The notes: a model not told the origin generated them from the sequence alone. Counted from the stretch's first letter, positions 7,133 through 16,825 are shown. The stretch: 22,041 nt of DNA from Pseudomonadota bacterium (GCA_021325135.1 JAJPHT010000017.1:1-22041), one strand, 5' to 3'. Numbers and translations are program-made.

Positions 7133-7843
7133 TCACGCCAGCGCGTCCAGCAGCTCCGGCAGGCGCGGGCCGATGTCCTCGTTCTCCAAGTCCAGCCAGA
7201 CGCCCAGGCACGCGGAGCAGGCGCCCACCTCGCGCCCGTCCAGGGCCAGCCGCCTTCCGTGGCGGCCGCACCCGGCGCAGAGGGGCCCGCCGCCAGGAGC
7301 GCGGGCCAGGGCGGCCGCGATGGCCGACGCGCGGGCGCCCAGCAGATCCTTGAGCGTCGAGCCCCGCACGAAGCGCCCGTGCCTCTCGCAGCGCCCCTCG
7401 GCCCCGAGCGCGTGATAGCACCGGGGGCAGACGCCTTGGGGCGGCTCGTGGCTGGGCATGGGGTTGAAAAGCGGGCCCAGGTCGCGCAGCTCCTCCAGGT
7501 CCAGGAGGTCGAACCACGTCCGCGAGCACGCCACGCAGCGGACCACGGAGACCTCCGTGCTGACGATGTACGGGACGGGGTAGCCGCGGAAGGTCGCCGC
7601 CCGCAGCAGGCTCCACCAGCTGGTGAGGAAGGAGACGCTGGCCATCTCCCCCTGGCAGGCGCTGCACCCAAGGGTCGTGGGCGCGGCGTTGACGAGGGCG
7701 CGGCGCCATGCCGTGTACGATTCGCGCGGCAGCAGGCGCGCCAGCCACGCCTCGTCGGCGAGGATGCCGTGCCCGTGCGCGCAGGCCAGCGCCCCTTCGT
7801 CCCACACGCCAAGGGGCTCCCAGCAGCGCCGGCAGATGGCCAT
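7133..7843 (-). CDS. Multi-Zn-ribbon protein with zf-TFIIB-like modules
   Basis: Eight Cys/His pairs (CRRC, CAHGH, CSAC, CVAC, CPRC, CERH, CAGC, CSAC). CxxC..WFD..L and CxxCLGVWLD are zf-TFIIB-like signatures. Starts 4 nt after the aspS stop. Confidence 0.72.
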   Translation of the reverse strand: MAICRRCWEPLGVWDEGALACAHGHGILADEAWLARLLPRESYTAWRRALVNAAPTTLGCSACQGEMASVSFLTSWWSLLRAATFRGYPVPYIVSTEVSVVRCVACSRTWFDLLDLEELRDLGPLFNPMPSHEPPQGVCPRCYHALGAEGRCERHGRFVRGSTLKDLLGARASAIAAALARAPGGGPLCAGCGRHGRRLALDGREVGACSACLGVWLDLENEDIGPRLPELLDALA

Positions 7844-7847
7844 GCCT

Positions 7848-9200
7848 TCACGGCGCGAGCCGGGTCCGGTCGCGCGGGAAGAGCACCGCCTCGCGCACGT
7901 TGGCGAGGCCGAGCACTTCCATGGTGAGCCGGTCGATGCCCAGGCCGAAGCCGCCGTGGGGTGGCATGCCGTACTGGAAGGGCTTGAGGTAGTCCTGGAA
8001 GTCGTCCGGGTCGAGCCCCTTGTGGAGGATGCGCTCCACGAGCTTCTGCGGGTTGTGCTGCCGCTGCGCGCCGGAGGTGACCTCCAGGCCCGCGTGCTCC
8101 AGATCGAAGCTGCGCGAGACCTTGCCGTCCTCCTCGATGAACGTGTAGAAGGGGCGGATCTGCTCGGGGTACTTCGTGATGAAGTAGAACTCGTGCCCCT
8201 TCTCGCGCATGACGTCGCCCAGGATCTTCTCCGCGGCGGCGTTGAGGTCCTCGCCGTGGGGGATCTCCGCGTGCTCGCCCTTGTCGTTGGTCCAGCGCTT
8301 GGTGGCGTTGACCATGCGCAGCGCGTCGTCGTAGGTCACGCGCGGGAAGGGGAGCGCGGGGACCTTGACCTCCTTGCCCAGGAGCTTCAGCTCGGCCTGG
8401 CACTGGTCGTGGACGCCCTGCCAGACGTCGCGCACGGCGGTCTCCAGCACGCGCATGACGTCCTCCTCGCTCTCCACGAAGGCCATCTCCACGTCGAACG
8501 CGGTGACCTCGTTGAGGTGGCGGTACGAGTTGTGCTTCTCGGCGCGGAAGTAGGTGGCCACCTCGAACTGGCGGTCCATCCCGGTGGCCATGAGCATCTG
8601 CTTGTAGAGCTGCGGGCTCTGCGCGAGGAACGCGTCCTTCTCGAAGTACTTGACCGGGAAGAGGTCCGTGCCGCCCTCGCTGCTCGCGCCGATGATGCGC
8701 GGCGTGTGGACCTGGAAGAAGCCCTGCCGCGTGAAGGAGTCGATGCCCGCCTTCACCAGCGCGCTGCGCACGCGGAAGATCGCCTGCACCTCGGGCTTGC
8801 GCAGGTCGAGGAAGCGGTTGTCCAGGCGCGTGTCGAAGTCCACGTCCACCTTGTCCACGATGCCCATGGGCAGGGGCGCGGCGGACTCGTTGAGGAGGCG
8901 CACCTCCTTGGGGAGCACCTCGTAGCCGTTGCGCGCCTTCTCGGAGGCCTTGACCGTGCCGAGGATGGCGACCACCGACTCGCGCTGGAGCTTGGTCAGG
9001 CTCTCCACCAGCGCGGCGTCCAGCTTCTTCTTGGGGAGCACGACCTGGAGCGTGCCGCTGCGGTCGCGCAGGATGACGAACGCGATGCCGCCCATGTCGC
9101 GCGTCTCCTGGATCCAGCCCGCGACGACGACGTCCTGCCCGTCCATGGCCTTGGGGTCGACGTCGAGGGCGTACTTGCGCTCCTGGAGGTTCACGCTCAT
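7848..9200 (-). CDS. aspS: Aspartate--tRNA ligase, archaeal type
   Basis: OB-fold VAGW..E.RD.GGIAF..LRDRSG; TRLDNRFLDLR; EGGTDLF; FLAQSPQLYKQ; motif 2 FRAE..RHLNE; motif 3 YGMPPHGGFGLGIDR; LFPRD. Confidence 0.96.
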   Translation of the reverse strand: MSVNLQERKYALDVDPKAMDGQDVVVAGWIQETRDMGGIAFVILRDRSGTLQVVLPKKKLDAALVESLTKLQRESVVAILGTVKASEKARNGYEVLPKEVRLLNESAAPLPMGIVDKVDVDFDTRLDNRFLDLRKPEVQAIFRVRSALVKAGIDSFTRQGFFQVHTPRIIGASSEGGTDLFPVKYFEKDAFLAQSPQLYKQMLMATGMDRQFEVATYFRAEKHNSYRHLNEVTAFDVEMAFVESEEDVMRVLETAVRDVWQGVHDQCQAELKLLGKEVKVPALPFPRVTYDDALRMVNATKRWTNDKGEHAEIPHGEDLNAAAEKILGDVMREKGHEFYFITKYPEQIRPFYTFIEEDGKVSRSFDLEHAGLEVTSGAQRQHNPQKLVERILHKGLDPDDFQDYLKPFQYGMPPHGGFGLGIDRLTMEVLGLANVREAVLFPRDRTRLAP

Positions 9201-9290
9201 GGGGATCGGCGGCGCGATGCGGGGAGGGCTACTTCAACGGTTCGCCGGCAAACCCCAACAGCGAAGCGGGCGGCCCGCGATGGCGCCGCG

Positions 9291-10187
9291 ATGCGCGGCG
9301 CGCTGGTGCTGCTGGCCCTCCTCCTCGTCGCGCTCCCGGACGCCCGGGCGCAGGCGGCAGGGAGCGCGCAGGTGGAGGTCAACGGCGTGGACGTGCGCTC
9401 GGCGGCGCTGACTCGCGATGCCTTGGGCGTCGACGCCTCGAAGGAGGCGACCCTCCACGTGGTCCTCACCGCGCCCCCCGACGCCGCGTGGGACGTCCGC
9501 GCCGTGCGCGTCTCCCTGGTGGTCGCCTCGTGGGGATCGGCCCTGTCGCGGGACCTTGACGTCGACCAGACCGTGGCGCCGGGCGGGACGCTCTCCCTGA
9601 ACCGCACCGTCGACCTCTCCGCGCTGCGGCCCGTGGGCGCGGGCGTCTACCGCGCCGAGGTCCTCGTCCTCGCCACCGACGGCGCGACGCTCAACTCCCA
9701 ATCGTTCTACGTCCGCATCGCGGGCAACCCCTTCCTCACCGTCGCGGCCGCCGTGGCCACCGCCCTGAGCGCCGCCTCTGGCTACGGCCTCTGGAGGCTG
9801 CTGCGCGACCTTAGGGAATTGAACGAGGCCCGGAAGCGCCACGGCCGGGAGCGCGAGGAGAAGCGCCGGGCCGCGGCGAAGGTGGGCGAGGTCCTGGGCG
9901 CGGGCTTCGACCTCACGGCGGGCCTCGAAGGGGTCGTGGGCGTCGTGGAGGGGGCGGACCCCGAGGCGCAGCGGCTCGCGAAGCGGGCCCCCGTCGCGTG
10001 GACGCTCACGGGGCTGGGCGTCGGCGGCGTCGCGGCCTCGTGGGGCCAGGCGCTGGGGCTCCTCCCCTTCGACGCCGCGGGGCTCGCCATCGCCGTGGCC
10101 GCAGGCGGCGCGCTCTTCCTCATGCTGGCGCTTCTCGCCCTGGGCCTCGCGAAGCGCCTGGGCCGGCGCAGGCCCCTCGCTCCCTAG
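9291..10187 (+). CDS. Hypothetical membrane protein (signal peptide, beta-rich extracellular domain, ~3 TM helices)
   Basis: ATG 9291 (MRGALVLLALLLVALPDARA). Beta-strand pattern, then a TM segment (PFLTVAAAVATALSAASGYGLW), a basic cytoplasmic stretch and two C-terminal hydrophobic helices. Confidence 0.75.
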   Translation: MRGALVLLALLLVALPDARAQAAGSAQVEVNGVDVRSAALTRDALGVDASKEATLHVVLTAPPDAAWDVRAVRVSLVVASWGSALSRDLDVDQTVAPGGTLSLNRTVDLSALRPVGAGVYRAEVLVLATDGATLNSQSFYVRIAGNPFLTVAAAVATALSAASGYGLWRLLRDLRELNEARKRHGREREEKRRAAAKVGEVLGAGFDLTAGLEGVVGVVEGADPEAQRLAKRAPVAWTLTGLGVGGVAASWGQALGLLPFDAAGLAIAVAAGGALFLMLALLALGLAKRLGRRRPLAP

Positions 10188-10702
10188 GTGGGCGTCCAGA
10201 CGAGGGTCACGAGGAAGACGCCGCGGTTGTCCGCGTAGTTCCCATCGACGAACCGGGCGACGACGGGTCCGCCCGCGTGGTGGATGACGCCCGCGTTGGA
10301 GGCGCCGAGGCACTGGCCGTCCACGGAGACGAAGTAGTCGCCCGCGCAGTCGATGGCGCGGAGGCCCGAGCACGCGCCGCGGTACGAGGACACCGACACG
10401 AGGCAGACCTCGTCGGGCACGGTCGCGCTCTGCGTCGTGCAGGGGATGGGACCCACCGCGGGCGCCTCGCAGGGCGTCGAGACGGGGATCGCGTGGTGGC
10501 CGCCGCCCCCGTAGACGCAGGCGCCCACGACGGTGACCACGTAGTTGCCGGGGGCAAGCGCGACCCCCGTGCTGGCGCCCCCGGCCTGATCGCAGGGGAC
10601 GGGGAGCGTGAACGCCAGAGCGTCCTGGCCCGCCGCGGGGGGCGACGCCAGGACCACGAGAGGCAGAAGGGACACGAGCAGGATGAAGAATGAGCGGCTC
10701 AA
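10184..10702 (-). CDS. Secreted protein, possible LecA/PA-IL-like lectin fold (8 Cys)
   Basis: Signal peptide; STGVALAPG..V.V.G near the N-terminus; C-terminal FVDGNYADNRGVFLV resembles the LecA D..Y.(D/N)N.G.F.V Ca/sugar loop. The TTG start is uncertain. Confidence 0.65.
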   Translation of the reverse strand: MSRSFFILLVSLLPLVVLASPPAAGQDALAFTLPVPCDQAGGASTGVALAPGNYVVTVVGACVYGGGGHHAIPVSTPCEAPAVGPIPCTTQSATVPDEVCLVSVSSYRGACSGLRAIDCAGDYFVSVDGQCLGASNAGVIHHAGGPVVARFVDGNYADNRGVFLVTLVWTPT

Positions 10703-10776
10703 CCTCGCACCGCGTCCCGATGAGACGGCGCGCGATTATAGCCTCCCGTGGGGGCAAGCCACGCGCGGAGGTCCCC

Positions 10777-10790
10777 CGAAAACCCTATAG
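10777..10790 (+). promoter_or_regulatory. Putative BRE-TATA of hppA (CGAAAA-CCCTATAG)
   Basis: A purine-rich BRE directly precedes a TATA-containing box in a divergent intergenic region. Confidence 0.55.
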
Positions 10791-10847
10791 AGCCCATCCT
10801 GCATCGCGCCCGCGTCCCGGGGCCATCTGGCCCGTTGGGTGATCCCT

Positions 10848-12977
<2,130 letters not shown>

Positions 12978-12990
12978 GGCCCAAGGGGGT

Positions 12991-13671
12991 GTGCTCCTGC
13001 GCGCCCCCGCCCTCCTTCTTCTCCTCGTCCTCCTTGCAGGCTGCGCCTCGCCGCCCGCGGCCGTGGGCGCCGCGGACCTGCGCCTCGCCTCGCTCTCGTT
13101 GGAGGGCCCCGCCGACGTGAACGCCACCGCGACCGCGCTCGTGGCGGTCGCCAACGCGGGCTCCGGCGCGGGGGAGGCCCTCGTCTCGCTGCTGGCAAAC
13201 GGGACCGCCCTTGGGAACGCCACCGTGGAGGTGCCGCCCAACGGGACCGCCACGGCGCGCATCTCCTTCGTGCCGCCCGCCGGAGGGGACCTCGCCCTGG
13301 AGGCCGAGATGGGGAACGCGACGCTCAACGCCACCGCGCACGTCCGCGCGCCGGACTTCGACGACGTGGGGTTCGGCGCGCAGGGCACCGCGACGTGCGG
13401 CGTGGGCCAGTACGCCCTCAAGGTGCGCAACACCGGCGACGGCCTCGCGCGCAGGATGGTCGCGCACGTCACGCTCTTCGCCGAGTCGGGCGAGGTGGAG
13501 CAGGACGTGGACTCGCCCGCGCAGGACCTCGCCGCCAACGCGACGGCCGACTTCAACGGCCCCATCGGCCGGGCCGAGGGGTGCCGCGCGCCCCAGGAGC
13601 ACCGCGTCCTGGTCACCATCCAGGCCGACGGCGTCCTCCCCCGTCGTTATGCCGCCACGGCCACCCTCTGA
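12991..13671 (+). CDS. Predicted lipoprotein with two CARDB/Ig-like domains
   Basis: Lipobox LAGC after a hydrophobic stretch; V.N.G.G motifs twice; seven N-x-T sequons. Confidence 0.75.
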   Translation: MLLRAPALLLLLVLLAGCASPPAAVGAADLRLASLSLEGPADVNATATALVAVANAGSGAGEALVSLLANGTALGNATVEVPPNGTATARISFVPPAGGDLALEAEMGNATLNATAHVRAPDFDDVGFGAQGTATCGVGQYALKVRNTGDGLARRMVAHVTLFAESGEVEQDVDSPAQDLAANATADFNGPIGRAEGCRAPQEHRVLVTIQADGVLPRRYAATATL

Positions 13672-13719
13672 CGCGCCAAACCGGCAGGGCTTATCCCCTT
13701 CCCAGGGCCTGGGAGCCTG

Positions 13720-14061
13720 ATGCCCAAGTACGAGACGAAGCTCAAGCTCGGCCGCAAGCACGAGGACGTGCCCGCGGACGTGGCCAGCGACAACCAGGTG
13801 AGCGTGCTCTTCCGCTACGACGAGACCGGCGCGGACAAGCACGTGAGCGTCAGCATCGAGAGCGACAGCATGGGCGCGGAGGACGTCGCCGCGCTCCTCC
13901 AGTTCCTGGAGCAGCGCAACCTCTTCACCCGCGCGAACTCCAAGACGTGGGTCTCCCAGCCGCAGGCCAGCGAGGCCAAGTTCGGCAAGACCCACGCGTG
14001 GAAGGGCGCCGACGTCAAGGACCTGGCGCACCGGGCGTCCACGATGCTCCCCGGCGCCTGA
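13720..14061 (+). CDS. Hypothetical cytoplasmic protein, 113 aa
   Basis: ATG start about 25 nt after a CTTATC TATA-like box; strongly GC3-biased codons as in the housekeeping genes. Confidence 0.75.
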   Translation: MPKYETKLKLGRKHEDVPADVASDNQVSVLFRYDETGADKHVSVSIESDSMGAEDVAALLQFLEQRNLFTRANSKTWVSQPQASEAKFGKTHAWKGADVKDLAHRASTMLPGA

Positions 14062-14139
14062 GGCGAGGCTGTTACCCTTCCTCGGGGAGGGGTCGCCTTT
14101 CGCTGCGCTCTAACCCTTCGACGGCGTTGGGGGTCGCGC

Positions 14140-14502
14140 ATGAAGCTCCGCACCCTCGTCCTGCCGATGCTGATCGCCGTCACCCTCACGGCGTGCCTTT
14201 TCCCCACGGCCCTCGCCGCCTCGTCGTGCTCCCGGTCCGGGTCCGCGCTGCAGTTCTCCCTCAGTTGCGGCATGAGCGGCACGTGCACCGACCCGAACCT
14301 CTGCATCCTCACGGTCACATGCACCGCGACCTTCCTGGGCGTCGCCACCGGCACCTGCGGCGGCGGGGCCATGATCTGCCTCCTCCTCGTGTGCGAGGGG
14401 CAGGCCACGCTGCCCGTCCTGGGCGGCGCCTCCTGGAGCACCTCCTGCTCCGTGAGCGGGGTCAGCGTGGAGGCCGAGACGCTCTCCTGCAGCGTCAGCT
14501 GA
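14140..14502 (+). CDS. Secreted (or LTAC-lipoprotein) Cys/Ser/Thr-rich protein, 120 aa
   Basis: Signal peptide MKLRTLVLPMLIAVTLTACLFPTALA; ten further Cys in an alternating beta-strand pattern. Confidence 0.72.
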   Translation: MKLRTLVLPMLIAVTLTACLFPTALAASSCSRSGSALQFSLSCGMSGTCTDPNLCILTVTCTATFLGVATGTCGGGAMICLLLVCEGQATLPVLGGASWSTSCSVSGVSVEAETLSCSVS

Positions 14503-14514
14503 GGGCGCGAGGAT

Positions 14515-14526
14515 TCAAATAGGGGG
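14515..14526 (+). promoter_or_regulatory. Putative TATA-like element of the rpoE' operon (TCAAATAGGGGG)
   Basis: Identical to the 12-mer upstream of tRNA-Lys. Confidence 0.55.
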
Positions 14527-14613
14527 CCCGGAATCCCGTCGCATCCCGCCCGGGTCCGTCAGGACCCACCCTCCCTCGCCCGCGGGTGGGGAGGCTGCAA
14601 CGGAGGATTCCTC

Positions 14614-15228
14614 GTGTATCAGATCGTCGAGATGGAAGACACCGTCCGCATCCCGCCCAACGAGCTCGGCGAGGACCAAGATGCGGTCGCCCGCGAGCTC
14701 GTCCACCGCTCCTTCGAGGGGCGCCTCAACAAGAAGCACGGCTTCACGCTGGTCGCGACGGACATCCAGCGCATCGGCGAGGGCCGCGTCATCCACGGCG
14801 ACGGCGCCGTGTACCAGCGCGTCAAGTTCAACGCCCTGACGTTCAAGCCCGAGGTGGGCGAGGTCGTCGAGGGCACGGTCTGCGAGGTCGTGGAGTTCGG
14901 CGCCTTCGTGCGCTTCGGGCCCCTGGACGGCCTGCTCCACATGAGCCAGATCATGAACGACTACCTCAACGTGGACCTGGGCAACGAGCGCCTCACCGGC
15001 AAGGAGACCGGGCGTTTCCTCGCGCTGGGCGACAAGGTGCGCGCGCGCCTCGTCACCGTCTCGCTCAACGAGCTTTCCCCGCGCGAGAGCAAGATCGGCC
15101 TCACCATGCGCCAGCCCGGCCTGGGCAAGCTGGAGTGGCTGGAGGAGGACCGCAACCCCGACGCGGTCAAGCCCCAGCGCGCGCCCCGCGGCCCCCGCGG
15201 CCCGCCCCGCGGCCGAAGGGAGGCGTAA
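14614..15228 (+). CDS. rpoE1: DNA-directed RNA polymerase subunit E' (Rpo7)
   Basis: D.VRIPP, IGEGRVIHGDGAVY, S1 domain GEVVEG.V..V.EFGAFV..GPLDGLLH.SQI, KIGLTMRQPGLGKLEW. GGAGG RBS before the GTG start. Confidence 0.96.
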   Translation: MYQIVEMEDTVRIPPNELGEDQDAVARELVHRSFEGRLNKKHGFTLVATDIQRIGEGRVIHGDGAVYQRVKFNALTFKPEVGEVVEGTVCEVVEFGAFVRFGPLDGLLHMSQIMNDYLNVDLGNERLTGKETGRFLALGDKVRARLVTVSLNELSPRESKIGLTMRQPGLGKLEWLEEDRNPDAVKPQRAPRGPRGPPRGRREA

Positions 15229-15231
15229 GCC

Positions 15232-15417
15232 ATGACCAAGGCCTGCCGCGACTGCCACCTCATCAGCGAGGACACCGACAAGTGCCCCGCCTGCCACGGC
15301 TCGAACCTCTCCAAGGACTGGCTCGGCTTCGTGGTCGTGACCGACGTCCCCCACAGCGTCATCGCCAAGAAGATGCAGATCGACGCCCCCGGAAAGTACG
15401 CCCTCAAGGTCCGCTGA
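15232..15417 (+). CDS. spt4: Transcription elongation factor Spt4 (RpoE'')
   Basis: KAC..CH.I, CP.C...LS.DW.G.V, S.IAK..I..PG.YALKVR; conserved position after rpoE'. Confidence 0.95.
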   Translation: MTKACRDCHLISEDTDKCPACHGSNLSKDWLGFVVVTDVPHSVIAKKMQIDAPGKYALKVR

Positions 15418-15530
15418 TATCACCCTCCCGCCGCCACATCCGCCCACTCCGCAGTCTCCCATGACGTGCCCGGCCGAGGGGATTGCAGAACGCCGGGGGC
15501 AAGCCCCCCGATTGGAGCCCTGCTGCCACC

Positions 15531-16031
15531 ATGTACCGACTCCCCGTCTCTCTACGCCCCCTGCTGGCGAAGCCGTTCGGCCCCGTCTACCAGACGCGCC
15601 GCACGCTGGAGGAGACGCGCCGCAAGGTCGTCATCGCCGTGGGCGACGTCGTCACGCGGACCTTCCTGGAGAACGGCGTGCTCCCCAAGGTGATGCTCGT
15701 CGACGGCGTCACGCAGCGCGGCACCCGCGTCGAGGACGCCCTGGGCGCCCTCCCCACGCACGGCGTGCGCCGCGTCGAGGTGGACAACCCCCCCGCCACG
15801 ATCACGCGCGAGATGATCGGCGCCATCGACCGCGGCCTCAAGGAGAAGGGGAGCACGCTCATCGCCGTCAAGGGCGAGGAGGACCTCGCGGCCCTCCCCG
15901 CCATGATCCTCGCGCCGGAAGGCGCATGCGTCTGCTACGGGCAGCCCCGCGAAGGCGTCGTCGTCGTCCACGTGGACGCGGCGGTCCGCAAGCACGCGCA
16001 AGACATCCTCAACCAGATGGAAGTGAAGTGA
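15531..16031 (+). CDS. GTP-dependent dephospho-CoA kinase (DUF359)
   Basis: LP..LR..L.KP.G, AVGDVVT, VDG.T.R, V.NPP..IT, GEEDLAALP, YGQP.EGVV. Conserved synteny spt4-DUF359-S24e-S27ae. Confidence 0.92.
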   Translation: MYRLPVSLRPLLAKPFGPVYQTRRTLEETRRKVVIAVGDVVTRTFLENGVLPKVMLVDGVTQRGTRVEDALGALPTHGVRRVEVDNPPATITREMIGAIDRGLKEKGSTLIAVKGEEDLAALPAMILAPEGACVCYGQPREGVVVVHVDAAVRKHAQDILNQMEVK

Positions 16032-16381
16032 TGGACATCGAGATCAAGGAGAAGAAGCAGAACCCGCTGCTCTCCCGCTGGGAGGTGCGCTTCAGCGTCG
16101 CCCACCCCAACGAGAAGACGCCCAGCCGCGACGCGATCCGCGAGAAGGTCGCCGGCGCCGTGGGCTCCAAGAAGAGCCTCGTCGTCGTGGACAGCATGAA
16201 CAGCGCCTTCGGCAAGCAGGTCACGACCGGCTACGCCCGCGTCTACGACACGCCCGAGGCCATCGGCAAGAACGAGCCCCTCTACCTGCTCAAGCGCAAC
16301 AAGCTCGAGGAGCTCAAGCCCAAGAAGAAGGAGCGCACCGAGGCGCCGGCCGCCGCGAAGGCCGCCCCCAAGAAGCGGTGA
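16031..16381 (+). CDS. rps24e: 30S ribosomal protein S24e
   Basis: NPLLSR.EV.F...H...TPSR, LVVV....FG...GYA.VY, EP.YLL.RN. TGATG overlap with the upstream gene. Confidence 0.95.
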   Translation: MDIEIKEKKQNPLLSRWEVRFSVAHPNEKTPSRDAIREKVAGAVGSKKSLVVVDSMNSAFGKQVTTGYARVYDTPEAIGKNEPLYLLKRNKLEELKPKKKERTEAPAAAKAAPKKR

Positions 16382-16387
16382 TGACAC

Positions 16388-16588
16388 ATGGCGAAGGGAA
16401 AGGAAGCAGCGAAGCCCAAGAAGGGCGCGGCCGGCAAGCGCGGCCTCTACGAGGTCAAGGGAACGCAGATCGTGCGCAAGCGGAAGGCCTGCCCCAAGTG
16501 CGGCCCCGGCGTTTTCCTCGCCGAGCACAAGGACCGCGTGTCCTGCGGCAACTGCGGGTACACGGAATTCAAGGCCAAGGCCGCGTAA
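16388..16588 (+). CDS. rps27ae: 30S ribosomal protein S27ae
   Basis: [28 protein letters not shown]. Confidence 0.96.
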   Translation: MAKGKEAAKPKKGAAGKRGLYEVKGTQIVRKRKACPKCGPGVFLAEHKDRVSCGNCGYTEFKAKAA

Positions 16589-16687
16589 GCGGCCTGCGTT
16601 GAATTCCGCGCGGACGGAGTGTCGCCGAGCGCAGCGAGGCGACGAGGCTCCGTCCAGCGCCGAATTCAAGGCCAAGGCCGCGTAAGC
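16563..16687 (+). repeat. Gene-end duplication cassette: 26-bp direct repeat, inverted copy and central hairpin
   Basis: GAATTCAAGGCCAAGGCCGCGTAAGC at 16565-16590 and 16662-16687; imperfect inverted copy at 16589-16608; hairpin 16608-16660 capped by GA-GCGCAGC-GA. Confidence 0.9.
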
Positions 16688-16698
16688 CCCTGCCTTCG

Positions 16699-16727
16699 GG
16701 CCCTGCGATGGGCCTTCTTTTTTTCTT
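16699..16727 (+). terminator. Putative terminator of the rpoE'-rps27ae operon (short hairpin plus T-tract)
   Basis: GGCCC-TGCGAT-GGGCC followed by TTCTTTTTTTCTT, the longest T-run seen in the window. Confidence 0.7.
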
Positions 16728-16825
16728 GCTATCGTGCTAGGCTTGGCTCCGTGCCGCCTCCGGCGGCAGTCCGGCCACGCAGGCAAGCGCGAGGACAAGC
16801 ACCTTGGGCGCCGAGGAGAAGAAGG

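Noticed and set aside
5113-7353. 746-aa + strand ORF, and similar long ORFs 3716-5134, 4119-5330, 10785-13619, 17807-19279, 20348-21787
   Set aside because: Antisense or off-frame shadows of real genes. High GC suppresses stop codons, and the translations have no motifs.
7623-9290. N-terminal extension making an 854-aa ORF
   Set aside because: Antisense to aspS. The real gene starts at ATG 9291 with a signal peptide.
15461-16030. Long N-terminal extension of S24e (306-aa track ORF)
   Set aside because: It overlaps DPCK in another frame; S24e homology begins at ATG 16031.
16565-16687. Mini-CRISPR (two 26-bp repeats)
   Set aside because: Only two copies, the repeat is the coding end of rps27ae, the 71-bp spacer is palindromic, and there are no cas genes.
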